Positions 21,197 to 34,262 of a DNA stretch of 64,000 nucleotides are shown in pieces. Numbering within the stretch: the stretch's first letter is position 1; every line of letters begins with the position of its first letter. Where the stretch lies: contig DF237379.1 of the NCBI GenBank assembly GCA_000708835.1, positions 1-64,000 of the forward strand, written 5' to 3'. The DNA is from Klebsormidium nitens (lineage: Eukaryota > Plantae > Klebsormidiophyceae). Under the pieces are notes generated by a model. It made no database searches. It saw nothing but the letters and a program-made list of their open reading frames with translations, and was not told the DNA's origin. Position numbers and translations under genes: made by a program.

Positions 21197-23762
21197 ATAG
21201 GTATAGCCGGCCCGGCATCCCTCTGGCTGGCACTGTGACTGGGCAGGCTGGCTGCAGGCAGCTGCAAGTTCACAGCTCATGGCATTGCATGGTGATTTGT
21301 ATCCTAGAAGACGTCGTCTTGGCAGCATGCAAACAGTGTCAGGAGGTGTTTGCAGCACAACAAAATGGGTGTCTGGACGGCAGAACTGACGTTGGAGAAC
21401 CCTGTTGCAGTATACGCCCCTGAGGGGGGCAGAAAAGACTTGGAGCTCTGTCTGGCCTCCGTCTGCGCGGCCCCCGAAAATGTCAGCTGCATTGCCGGCG
21501 CAAAGGTCGGGTGTCCTGTGCTGGTCAACAATTTGGATAGCGTGTCGCCAACCAATAGTCGCCCCCCTGTTTATTCTGTCCGTGTGACGAGCTCAAAAAG
21601 GAAAGGCGCCATGCCACGCGTGATTTGTTATCTTGGGGGGACGGCCACCGGGGTGCAAACCTTGCTCGTGTGTGAAGCGGGGACGGAGTTCAGTCTGGCG
21701 ATGCAGGACCCGGCAGATTTGACTGCGGCCTGGCAGCCGAAGGAGCAGACAATGAGGGTGCATTTGGTTGGGAGCGAGCGGATCACCAGCAATGCCAGTG
21801 GCTTGCTTGGCTTCCTGAATCTCAGGATCTGAAGGTGACTCTTGTGCGACTTTTCTTTGCAATCATTGATTTAATCATTGCTGGGATTGCATCTCTTTAG
21901 AATAAGCTAATAAGATACAGCCAGGACTTGCGAAGTTGGGCATAAGGATCAGTAGTTGAACAGCAGGTCAGTTCAGGCACATGCAGCTTCGCAACAGTTT
22001 GCAATGGCTGGGAAGTCCCTCAACACCTACATAGCGGACTTCTAAACGTACTAAAGTACAGCCATTGTGTTCTCTGCAGGAGTGGTGACAGGCTAGATCA
22101 TGGCTAGCTAGATTCAAGCGGATAGTATGCCTCACAATGTAGAACGGTATGTATATATTTGAAGACAGTTTATCAGGCCATTGTCTTCATGTTTGATAAT
22201 TTGAGCGGCTGGTATTGAGGATTCGGGTGACATATAGGTTGGAGTCTATAGTAGACCTTAGGCCTACATCTAGAATAGGGCACATATATGCATCAGCCAG
22301 CATAGCGCGTGATCGAGGGGGCTCGTGAGGGAAGGCAATAAGGGTCTCTTGAATTGCAGTGCCAGTGCATTACTTTGCATGAGTGGAGCCTACAGTTCAT
22401 TGCTGAAGTAGCAGACTTCAGCAATTCGTCTTCGAAGTCACACAACCAACCGAACACACAGTAGCTGATTTTGTGTATCCAAAAAACGGGGCTTTGAATC
22501 TGGGATTGTCACAGACTGCTGTACAGCATGCGTTGCTAAGGTAAACTTCAAGGCCCAGCGTCTCAAGACCTTAGACGACTACTAGATTGCGATCGAAAGA
22601 ACCTTGCTGTTCACTTCTTCAGGGGGCATTACACTCATGAGCAAGCTTAAAAGATCAGCTATTAATTAGCTGAGATTGAAAGTGCTTGTTTCCTTGGCCG
22701 TATATTTTTCATCAAAATATGTGTCAGGGTGATTGATCATGCCATCTTTGCCTTTGTGAGCGTGTGGCAATCTGGGCCGGCCTCGATCGATTATGAACTT
22801 ACAATGGCAATTGTCCAGACTTACATATAGAACTTTCGATTCACTTCAATGGGTGACCGTCATGCACGTGCCAATGATGCATATGCAAGCGTTTATCATT
22901 TTAGCGCAACTAGATGATCAAGGTACTCATGTAGCGCCTAGCTGTCCACTGTGATCTTATAGGCCGAGTAGCCAGGGCGCGGCGGCAGGGCCATACATTA
23001 CTATACTTGCCGGCGCGCGGCTGGCATATGCAATATGCTGCACATGTTGTTTTATACGTACGTACGTACATTACGCCAGAGTATTCAATGTACCAGGCCC
23101 GGCCGCGCGGCCCTAGCTCGGGTCATTTGGTACCAGGTGCGTTCTGCTTTCTGTGGCGGTAATCGGACTCCCAGGCCGGTACCCGTCCGACAGGCGGCCG
23201 GTGGCGTTCCAAGTGAACTAGTAGACAAATTGCAATGGGCATCGATCCACGGCGGGCCGCGGCTAATCGAATGATCTCGGCCTGCCAGTTTGAGCATGTA
23301 TAACATCGTTTTTGGGAGCCACAAGCAGGCTAGAGTTCCAATAGCCGGGCTGACTTTGAGCTGAGCTTTAGCGGAATCGTTACACTAAGCTGGCGCATTA
23401 CCCCTTTTTTATTACGGCAAATTCCCTGTATATATGTATGCCATGATGTGGCCAGTGCCGCATGATAACCAGCATGGCATGCAATTAAGCGGAGCAAGGT
23501 CTCAGGTACGAATACCGTGTTCTTCTCTGGCTTTTTCTGCAACAATGTGAGCGGCGCCGGAAATCGACTCAATCGAGGCAGTCCACACACCTGACCTGAA
23601 CAGATGCGCACAGAAGCAATCCCCCTTAAATCAGACTAGAAGTCGGACATGTATGTGACACAGGACTTTCACAACCAATATATGTTGGAGTAGACAGCCA
23701 GTTACCCATTTGAAAAGCATCTGTCTGGAGCACAGATCCCTTCGCTTTCCGCTGGGAATCTA

Positions 23763-26700
23763 CTAGACCCAAACCTTGATAGACCGATTATACCGTGGTC
23801 GCATCGGCGGCGCGGAGCTCGCGCGACTGGTGCGCCGTTCTGCCGTCCTGTACACGTAGGGCGACGAGGCCCTTCTGAACGGCAGTTTCGCGCTCGAATT
23901 GGCGCCGTCCGATTGGGCACGTGCCTCTGCAAAGTATCCGCCTAAGTCCTCCACTTTCGCAGGGAACCCAGGAAGCGGGCGCCCGTCCATGAGCACCCGG
24001 AGGCCGACCGGAATTCCGCTGAGAGCGGCGGCGGAGTCGGCCTGGCTTGAGCGCCGAGAGGAGAGCCGGCTGTGCGTGGGGGCGGAGTCCGCCCGGCTCT
24101 GCCTGCCAGACGGGATTCCGCCATGGGTCGCAACGGAATCCGTCCTGCTCGGACGCCGAGAAGAAGCCCGGCTTCCATAAGGTGACGGAAGGCGACTCTC
24201 GTGTCTTCCCTGTCCGTAGGCGTTTGCGGAGATTGCCCTTTGGCTGCTCGCATTTGGCGGAACTCCACGACTAGACGCCGGTCCACCTCTTTCCCATTTT
24301 GAGAATCGGGTGTCCGCACCTGGCTGGCCCTGGATCGAGCTGGGGCCCCGTTCTGGAACCTCATCCAGCGTCTCCCTCCGTCCGCCCGCGTTTTCCCGGC
24401 CGTCATTCTGCCGCTGGCCGGAGTCACTGCCCTCGCTTCTTAGATTCAAGTCGCTTCGCCTTTGGCCGTTTTGGGGAGCTTCGTCTGACGAGTGTCGCAA
24501 CGAAGAATGCCCGTAAGGAACCGCCTGCTCCTCAGCGCCGACCCACCGTCTTTGTGAGTTTCGGGCGACCATGCCCTGCCGCTGCCCAGGGCCAAGGTCG
24601 CTCCAGGGTTCCGGCCACGTGCCAACCCGGCCGTTGGCCTCGTTTCTGGGGGGAATTGTAGTAGGGGCGTCGGACGGGGGCTTTGCTTCGTCTACGGACG
24701 GTCGTGGTCGTCCGACGGACGGCGCCACCCCTGAGCGGGGGCTCAGGTTGGCAGGAGATTCGCCCCCCTGGAGCTGCAGAAGCGTGGTCGCACAAAAGCT
24801 TAGCCTCAGACTTCGACCTAAAGGTTTGCTTCCAAGACTTTAGTATCTGGAGTGCGAAGCGCACAGCTTTCGCACTTAGGAAATATCGTCAATGGAAGCT
24901 GCATCGGGCAGCCTGCAAGTGGGACTCTCGAGTGCCCTTAGCACCGCGCCCTTGTCCGGGACCCATTTCCACAAGAACAAAATTAAAGAAAGGACATCTC
25001 TCCCGCAACCGGCACGTAAAAGAGAAGCAGAAGAGCAAAACCATTTCAAACTCTTTGCCGGTGTTAAGAGCCACTTGACATCTTTTGATCTACTTAGACG
25101 GATCTTCAATATCTCAAGTGTAAGGCATCCATTGTCAGGATTAGTTCCGCAACAAAAAGGGCTGATTGAAGGAGTTCAGAAGCAAAGACGGAACAGTAAA
25201 CCGACGCCCGTGTGTTTTTCGCTGACCCCGCCAGGTGTTTTTGGCACAGGGACCCAAACCCCCCTGCGCGAAATTTTATCGCCGAGAGGTTGAAAGCATC
25301 AAGCAAGCACCATGTACCCACGAACAGAACGAATCAGCCAGCTGTCGCAGGTACTTCCCGGTCAGGGTGGCAGTGTAATCCTTCAGAACTCCATTTTCAA
25401 GCACGCAAATGCACACCAAACAAAAATTCACAGCGAGGAGAGAACCCAACAAAGAACATTTCATTAAGGCCGAGAAGAAATGTAACGAAGAGCGCACCAT
25501 GTACTCGTGCATGGCCTGTTGGCGCGCCAGCTGTCGCAAGTACTTCCCCTTGAGGTGCTTGTAGCGGCCCCGCTGCTCGGTCAGCCGCGCGGCCGCCTCC
25601 GCCAGTTGCGCCTGGAGCGCCGCGATCTCCGCAGCCTGCGATTCTATGCGGCCTTCCGCATCGGGACTGAAGACCGGGCCCTGGGAGCTCGCAATCTGCA
25701 GTACGTTCGCAGGCTTAAGTGTTAGATAGTCTTGGTGGCCACTTTCTTGAGAACGAGGAAACGAGGATAAGGGGAGAGGCAGGGTCAATTGGACAAACGC
25801 GTTTATATCCGGCTCTCGGCATCAGGACGAGAGAGCGGGCCCTGGGAGCTCGCAATCTGCAAACAGTCAGCGGACGACAATTCTGTCAGCAAACCTTTGT
25901 GGCCAGGTGCATAGGTCTGGGGTACAGACGACACAGGAGAAAGAGGTGACGAGGACAAAAGCCGGCTAATGGCTTCGAGGTGAGCTCTGGGGCTCGCAAA
26001 GCGCAGACAGTTAGTGGATAATGCTCTGCAATCCAGCGGGTTTTGTGGCTGCACCCGAGGCAAGACGAGAAGGAAACAGGACTGGAGGCGGCTTAGCACG
26101 CTCGAATCTAGGCAAGCCTTGGCGTCTTAGGGTGGAGATTGAAGTAACTGGCGTTCTGCAGTCAGTGTTAGCCCATAAACAACCGCACCTTGTCCAGAAG
26201 CTTGGACCTGTCGTCCTCCAGCACTTTGACCCGCAACTGAAGCTCCCGGTTGGACTCCCGTAACTCCGCCACCTGGACGGGTAAGTCACAACACAAATAA
26301 GGTGAGGTTGTTTATGGGACCCAGCCAGAGCAAGAAGGTAAGTCACAACACGAATAAGGTGAGGTTGTTTATAGGACCCAGCCAGAGCAAGAAAGAAAAC
26401 AAGGGTTTACCATAACAAATTAGCGGTTTTGAAAAGGACAAAGGGCGGAGAGAGGCTCATACACGCCCCTAACGTTTCCAAGCGTTGTTCTGCCAGAGGT
26501 AATCTGTCAAGGTCCGCTAAGACGCCTGTGATGAACTACCAGAGGAGCGCAAAGGCTGGGCCAGGAGTTCTGTACGCTTCGCTCGGCAAGATTTCATCTG
26601 TAATGATGGGGAGAGGAGCGGGAAAGGATTCTATTTCAGAAGGTTCTACATCTACTCCACGCAAGAAAAATGCTCGACTTACAGAAGGCTCATCGAAAAG

Positions 26701-29700
26701 CAAAGTGTCTAGCAGAACTTTTCCGCTGCGCTGAATCCTGAGCCAGCCATAAGCCCTCACCTTCAAGCGCAGAGACGCGTTGTCCTCGACGAGCTTCGCC
26801 TCGTCATGTGACGCCCTCTGACTAGCTTGCGCTGCCGAAACAGCGCCCACCAAGCCCTGTTTGCTAGGCGTCCCCTCCTCCCCAGTCGGACGCTTATCGC
26901 TCCACACCCGCGCCTGTCCGGAGTCCGAACTCTGCCGCTCCCCGGGACTTAACCGGGCGCTTTCATACGGCGGCGGAACCGTTGACCCTGCGTTCTGCCC
27001 CGCTAACCCGTCATTAACCGCCCCAGCTAACGCCCCAACCGACTCCCCGACCGTAGTTCCAGTGTGCATTCCCACAGTTTCAGATTCTCTCGTCGCTTCC
27101 CTGCTTCCGAAAGGTGCCGTCCCAATCCTTTCGCTCGTTGAACTGAATCCTCCGTGCTCGACGCTAATTGTCCTTTCTTCCCCAAAAGGCCCCTGCCTTT
27201 CTTCCAGCAAGCGGACCTTTTCTCTCAGTCTTGCAATCTCCGCCTCGAGCGTCCGCCGAACGCTTTCCGCCTGACGCCCGTTTCCGGACGGCGCCGCCTG
27301 CACGCCCGTCCGAACTCGTTCTTCCGTCCCACTTCCTGCGTGCTTACCCAAGACGTTAGCCCCTGGCCCCTCCATTTCCGAGCGTCTCTCGTTCTTATGG
27401 ACTTGAACCCCTCGTGGCTGATCAAACCCCCGCGCATCTTCGGACACCTCCGGACCGTCACTCTCTCTCCGTCCGTCCGACAACACCCGTTCCTCAGACC
27501 CCTCCAACGATCTCTCCGACCCGTCACTCGCCGCAACCGTTCCTTCCGACTCAAAATTCCGTTCCTTATTTGCCTCCGCTTCTCTCTCCGTTGACCTTTC
27601 CCAGCGAGCGCTTTCTTCTCCCGCCATACTGTACTGCTCCAGGATATCCTGAACCTCTGCGATCATCTTCTCCTTCTGAACCGCGTCCCAATCCCCCTCC
27701 GATTTTCCCCCCACCTCTAGTTCCAAACGCTCCACCTTCTGCGTCAAAGCATCTACCTGCTCCTGTTTGGCCCTCAGGAGAAAGTCGCCTTGACTTCCTA
27801 TCACCTCCATGCCCGCATGGCTCCTCGCCAGCTCTAGTTGCAACAACTCCTTCTCATCTAGTAGCTTCTTTACAGTGCCTTCCAACTCCCCTACCTTCTC
27901 CTCTTGCTCGTTCAACAAAACCGTCAACCGCTGAACCTCCGCCCCCCGCGCCTGGGATTCATCGACCAGTCTGCGCGTATCTTCATTCAGCGCCTGTGCA
28001 AAACTCTCTCTCTCGTCAATCAACTCCAGCACTTTTCCGTTCAACCGCTCAACCCTGGTCTCTTCCCTCCTCATCGCGTGCTCTGTCTCCGCTTCTCGCG
28101 CCTTTGCTTGGTCTTCGAACCGCCTCTTCTCTCCCCGCAGTTTGTCATTCTCAATCCACAACCCTCTCACCGATTCGCTCCCCCGCTCTCCACATTCCGG
28201 ACACTCTTCGATCCCTTCTGACGTTTTAGCTCCTGACTGTCCCACCTCTACCCGCTTCTCGAACCCTCTCTTATTTCTCCCGAATTCTTCTCCGCCCCTT
28301 TCGGACGGCCCCTCACTCTTGTCTGTCGCTCGCAACCGCTGTCGAACGCTTTCGGACAGCTCTCTCTCGTTCCACAGCTGCTGCTTAAGCTCCCGCACTT
28401 CGTTCTCCAGCCGTCCGATCACTTCGTCCCCTGTCCGGACTCCATTCTCCAGCCGTCCGATCGTTTCCTCCTGCGTCCGAAGGGTCCGAACTGCGGTTTC
28501 GAGCCGTTCGATCGTGTCGTCCCGCGTCCGCACTTCGTTTTCTAGCTGTTCCATCGTCTCCGTCCGCGTCCGAACCTCGTTCTCCAGCCGTCCGATTGTA
28601 TCTTCTCGCGTCCGAAGCGTACGAGCCCTCTCCTCCGTCCGATTTCGGTATTCAGCGTCCTCCCGAGCCCGTTCCGCAGCTGCCACGTGCATGTGCTCCG
28701 CAAGACCCGCTAACTCTTCCTGGATCTCCGCCTTGTAATGCGCCAGACTTGACTCTTGCTCGCGCAATCGGGACTCGAGGTCTGCGACCTGTAAGCAGGA
28801 GAGAAGAAGGTTACTTGCTTTTCTAGCCAGCTTTCATCTTCCCGTGATTTCTCTTTGTTTGAAATGGTCAATTCCGCTGGGAAATGCCGGCAGGCCAGTG
28901 AACAGTCGGAATTGTGCAGAAAAGATGACCTCGACAAGTAGCCTGCCTTACCGTACGAGGACGAGAAGTAACCAGGCTTGTTGTTGCAGCGACCAGAGGA
29001 AGATCCTTTATGCTACGAAGGGCCAGAGAACGGTGCTGCCTTAAAGAGGTCTGTGCGCTAATCCGTCAGCTACTCTGCGTCCTTCGTCAAGCAGAGAGAC
29101 CGTTGCTTTCAGCCTGCCAGGATTCTCCTGCTTTCTCCGTTGAGCAAAGCAGCGAAACGAAGAAGCAAATGAAGCGTAAGAGCACATCCTCTTTCCTACG
29201 GAACTCAGAACGGGACAGACGTTCCTCTTCGAGCAACTCCCCGATCGTCCCTACTCATTGTCGTGATGATGACGCCCGTTACAAGAAAGGGTATCCGTCC
29301 CACCCGTTTCATGTAGTCCACCTTTACTCTTTCCAAATCCACCACCTGCGCTCGAAGCCCCCGTGCATCTTCAACCGCCTTCCCTTTCTCCACTCTCACC
29401 CCTTCCAACGCTTTCAATTCCACTAGGAGCACCCTTTCTCTCGCCAACGCTTCGTCTCTCTCCCTTTTCACCCCTTCCAACTCCCTCTTTTCCGCCACCA
29501 AATTGCCAATCTTCTCTAGTGCATGATCCCGCTCCGCAACCAAATTTTCAAAGTGCGCATGCCATTCTTCCAGCTCTCGACTCATTTGAGCCGTCCGTTC
29601 CTCCAGCCGCCTGCCCATCTCAGCCGTCCGTTCCTCCAGCTCGCGGCCCATCTCAGCCGTCCGTTCCATCGCCTCTTCGACCTCGTCTGCTTCCCGCTCA

Positions 29701-32700
29701 AACTCGCGCATCACCGCCCGACAGCTTTTTGAAACCTCCTCGGAACTCTTTCCCTTCCCTCTCCCCGCTCTCAATCCTTCCCCGCCTGGCAGAGCTCGGC
29801 TGACGTCATCTTGACTCTCAACGTTGGAGGCTTTCAGAGTCCGGAGACGGGTCCGCTGGAGTTCGAACGTCCGTTCAAGCAGCCTGTCGGACAGCTCCCT
29901 GAGAGATTCGGACAACGATTCGACACGTGCCTCGGCGGCGTGAAACTCGTTCCGGCGCTTCTCATGGTCCGCGTCTAGTTGCTCCTGGAGGCGCTCCCGC
30001 TCCATCTGCAAGAGGTCGTCATGATGACGTCAGCGCGGTCGGAGCTCACTCCCGTACTTCACGACCCTGTGCAAAGTGCGTCCAGTCGACTGGAGCAGCA
30101 CGTTGCTCGTGTCCTAGTGCACCTAGAGGCACTCCCATTCCATCTGCAACAAGTGTTGTCAGGCCGACGTCAGCAACGTCGTCTCACTTCCAGAGGTTCG
30201 ATCTAGCTCTACCAGTGACAACACAACGATTACGGCTTCTTGTCATCGAACTAGAACGTATTGCCGATGTTCGTTCCTTGGTCGTCGAGAAGAGCAGGTT
30301 GATCATGTTCCTGTGTGTGCAGGTGTTGCAAGGCTTCTGATTTATTGGTTTGCATTGCGGTTAGTCCCAACCGTACCTGGTGCGCTTGCTCCCGCCCCCG
30401 CAGCCCCTCGATCTTCTGCGCACCCTGACCATTTGCTTCTTTCAAAAAGTCGACGACTCCTACACCCCTGGTCAAAGCGCTCAATGTGATGACTAGCTTT
30501 ATCGCTAAGTTGACCCTTCTTAACCTCCTGGTCAAACGGCTTGACACATGGTCTGCTTTCAAGAACACCTGGTGAGCCAGCTGAGCCGCCCGCAGCTCCT
30601 CATTCCCCCGCTGCATCTCCACCATCTGCTACGCAAACGCTGACAGCCTGCTTCCTATTCTTTTGGGTTCAGGAGTGACAGCGTGGTTAGGTCTTACACA
30701 CTGCGCCAGCTGTCCCGCCTGCAGCCCCTCGTTTCTCCGCTGCACCCCAACCATCTGCTTCACAAAGGCGCACAGCCTGCTTCCTGTTTTTCTGTGTTAA
30801 GGATTGACAGCATGGTTAGCGTCCAAACCTACCTGATGAGCTTTCTCCCGCCCCCGCAGCTCCTCGTTCTCCCGCTGCACGCCGACCATCTGCTTCACAT
30901 ATGCCGACAGCCGCGCCTCGTACGCGGCTGCCGCACGGACTTCCCGCTCGCTCTGCTGGTTCCGCAGGGCCTCGACTTGCTCCAAAGCCCTCCTCACCTG
31001 CAGGCACATCAAACTGCTTTAAATCCAAAAAAGAGAACGAGGCTTGCCAGATTGGGTTGGAATTTAGCCGAGATTGGTTTCGCAGAGGACCGCGGCCTTA
31101 TCCAATCGCCAAAGTATTACTGCCAGCCTCCTGTGGACAGCAATCTCATCGTTACTTATGCTGGTCGATCGAATTTGAAAGTTCCGGTAGGCAAAGCACG
31201 TGTATCCCGCCCTGCAACTTCAAAGTCACCGTCCCCATACGTCCACTTGAACCCGCTATCTTGTTCTTAAGCACCAGATCTCTGGTATTTGACCTTGCCA
31301 CCAGAAAAAAAAGCTCACCTGCTGCTGCAGCTCTTCGCACTGGGTCCGGTATGCCGCCTCCCGCACCCGCAACTCTTCCACAGTCGAGACGCGCCTTCCC
31401 GGTTCGGACCCGTCAGCGTCCGAACGGTCTGAATGATCCAAATCGTCCAACGGACCCGCCTCGTGAACAGCGCCCAAATCCGGTGCCGACGACGATGCAC
31501 GTCGTCCTGGCGTTTTTTTGGACGATTCAGCGGACGGGCGTAAACCGTCGGCTCCGCTGACCGACTCCGTTGCAGAAGTCCCTGAAGATTCAGAGTCCCC
31601 GTCCTCATTCCCTCGCGAGTCCGCCGCTTTTGCTTCTGGCGATCCTCGGACGCTGCTTTTGCTGGTTCGGACCCCAACTTCTCTCATAGAAATACTCTCT
31701 TCACCCTTTTGGACGACCCTTCCACCTGATCGGACACTCTCTTCATCTGTCCGGACTCCTTGTTTGCATAATCGGACGCCCTCTTCTCGTGTTCGGCGGC
31801 CCGCAGACTCTCCCGCCGACTCGTCCTCCGTTCGCACCTCATTCCCCCACAAAAACCCCCACCCCTCATCCCACCGATCCCCATTCACACCATCCTTCTC
31901 CCTCAGCCTCCGGACAGACTCTTCCACAATCGCCGACAGCGCCTCGATCTGCGCGCTCGCAATCGCCGCCGCCTCGGCGCCCTTTCTCTCCACCTCTAGT
32001 TTCTCTTCCCGGGTCACCTGGAGCTCCAGCTCCAGCCGCGCCACCGTTTCCAGCGCCGCTCGCTCGCCTTCCATTACCGCCGTCAACAGCAGCTTCGCCT
32101 CCTCTAGTTGCTCCGCCTTCACCTGGGCCACCTCTTCCCAGCTACCAGGGCTCCGCGGTCTCAAATCCTCTGAAAAAGTCGCATCGTCCAAGACTTCCGA
32201 CGCTTTGCCCGAGCCCGTGACACCTGCATTTTGCGGCTCCGCAGCAGCTGTTCGTTCTGCTGGCATCTCCCCGTTGCTGACCGCCCCACTCTTGTCGGTT
32301 CCGCTGTTCGATAGGACTCTATTCAGAGCCACAAAAGCTTCGTCTTCTGAAACCGTTGGCGCTTTCTGAGAGCGCCGCCGCAGAGGCGTGCTGTCCTGCG
32401 AGTTCGACTCACTCTCCGTTTCCCAATCGCTCGTGTCCGATTCCGTCCGATTACTCTCTCTTCCTGCCCGGCCCACTTTCGGATGCCTTCCGAAAGTTGG
32501 TTCCCCGAAGTCTGCAGAAAGCAACGGCCCGCACTCCCGCAACTTCTGGACGGTTTCCTGTTCGCGCTCGATGCTCAGGGCCAGCTCCGCTTCGAGTGCC
32601 CTGATTCTGCCCCCTGTTTCTCGCGCAAGCAGAGAATTGTTTTCCGCAGACGACGCTTCACTGGACGCCAGCGGAGCCTGGGAAAAGAGTGCGCACGATG

Positions 32701-34262
32701 GGTTACGCTAGGCGATGTAAGAAGGACACTGATCGTATAAAAGTTCGGCAGCACAGGGAAGGTGTCCTACTACTGACAAGGGCGTATAATAGTAGGGGGC
32801 TTCAAGCAGCCAATTTCAGCTGTCTCGGGCTGAAGTAACAACAACTGGAAGAATCACAGGCATGTCAAGGCTGGCAAACCTCGCTCAAGAGGAACACTGC
32901 TTTGTGAGAAGGGTAAAGCAGCGCTGGAATTCCTACAGAAAACGTTCTTTATTCCCAGGAGACCACTGTAGAGGCACAAGTCTCCAACATCAAAAGCAAT
33001 TGATAAAAGGTTTGCAGGTGCTTTCACTGATAGTGCGCCTCGATCAGTCAGCTCCGAAGATACCCTCCCTCAAGAAGTGCAGCCTGCACTGCGTGTGGCC
33101 GTTGTATCTAACCGAACCCACATAATCCGTCGACATGGATCAGAACTCAAACTCTAGTTAGCGAGTGGTGACTCCGATCGAGTCCCCAAAGCATCAGTAC
33201 TTTGACAATAGTACTTTGAATTACGCAAACCAGACTCCAAACGATCAGAAGCATCTGACTTGCTGAATCTCTCGTTTCATCTCCGCCGACATGATTATAA
33301 TCACTCGTTTCTTCTCCGCCGAGATGTAATCATGAGTCTTGCTGACCATTACATGAAGGTTTTCGATTCAGCTTACCTGACCACTGTCGTCATTCAGCGT
33401 CCTTCGAACAGAGCCCTCGTCCTCCGCTGACTGCTCGTAAGAGGTGGTCGTCGGCGCTACTCGGCCTGCTCTCTCATCTTCTCTCGCCTCCAGTTCGGCG
33501 ATGCGCAGCTGCGACCGCCGCTGATGCTGCCAGCCCCGCTCTTGCACTCCATCCACCTAAAGAAGTATTCGGCGAGTTGCAACAAGAACAAAGAAGGCAA
33601 GGCTGCTCAATGGTGACTTCTAATGGAACAGCCTTCATCTTTTCGCTCTGCGGCTCAGGTAACAACCTAAGAAAACCAGATGTTTAGACTGTATCTGTTA
33701 GGAAGTGTTGGAAAAAAGGTTTACATCAAAATGAGGGAACTTCGTGGGCTGCAATCCTCTCGTCTGAGTAGGACTAGGGAGGATCGGAGGGCTACTCACC
33801 ATGCGAGATGATAGTGCGGTCTTTGTCAAAATGGGTTCACTGGAGCCATGAGCTGAGACCATGCTATAACGGCCTGAGTTTTGAGAAGCAGAGGTGAAAA
33901 AAGGAAGGGGGCCCTAAAGAGCTTGCCTTTTACCCCCAAGTTAGCCCCCGGAGTTTACCCCCCAAGACCCTAATACACTCCACTATGATGTTCAACAATC
34001 TTCATTCAGAGCTTAAAGTGTAAGGGCAGCGGGTTCCAAATCATCCGAAAGAATTCCCCATCAGGATCACTTCCCACCAGACTCTCGGTCTCCTAAAACT
34101 CAGGAATTCATGAATTGATTTATTTAGGAACAAACAAGTTTCCAAAACCTTTGGACTCACCTCCGCTTCTGTTATCAGTGACTCTACTAGCTCGCGGTAT
34201 GCCCTGCCACTGGCATCGCGGGGTCCTCTCAGAGCCGCAGCAAGGGCCTCGCCTGACATCAT
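23763..34262 (-). CDS. Large coiled-coil protein with Ser/Arg-rich disordered C-terminus (~1,930 aa, 9 predicted exons); family not recognised
   Basis: Exons 34262-34161, 33556-33377, 32677-31319, 30997-30833, 30005-29346, 28788-26761, 26272-26189, 25695-25498, 24773-23763. All have GT/AG boundaries and lengths divisible by 3, and encode E/R/L-rich heptad sequence. The first exon and possible missed small exons are uncertain. Confidence 0.75.
26280..26393. repeat. 57 bp tandem duplication (2 copies, 2 mismatches) abutting an intron acceptor
   Basis: gtaagtcacaacac(a/g)aataaggtgaggttgtttat(g/a)ggacccagccagagcaagaa repeated at 26281 and 26338. Confidence 0.9.
28395..28622 (-). repeat. Coding tandem repeat, 5 x ~14 aa (42 bp) double-heptad units
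   Basis: RTREDTIGRLENEV / RTRTETMEQLENEV / RTRDDTIERLETAV / RTQEETIGRLENGV / RTGDEVIGRLENEV, two units preceded by an extra RTL. Confidence 0.85.
29583..29668 (-). repeat. Coding tandem repeat, 3 x 11 aa (33 bp)
   Basis: ERTAEMGRELE / ERTAEMGRRLE / ERTAQMSRELE. Confidence 0.85.
30199..30258 (-). pseudogene. rps14: 60 bp fragment resembling organellar ribosomal protein S14, inside an intron
   Basis: Translates to RSSSMTRSRNRCVVTGRARS, matching the conserved S14 segment (R.SS.TR.RNRC..TGR.R). The flanks do not continue the match. Confidence 0.55.

Noticed and set aside
21230-21862. Overlapping open frames on both strands (including the 160 aa plus ORF 21350-21832)
   Set aside because: No recognisable motif or splice structure; I cannot decide which frame, if any, is coding.
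15740-23300. GC-rich palindromic patches (~15740-15970, 20040-20290, 22960-23270) as Helitron 3' ends
   Set aside because: Hairpins exist, but I found no case with CTRR at the right distance followed by T, and no matching TC 5' end.
26861-32369. Long plus-strand Pro/Ser-rich ORFs (for example 27414-28229, 31518-32369)
   Set aside because: Antisense shadows of the minus-strand coiled-coil exons.
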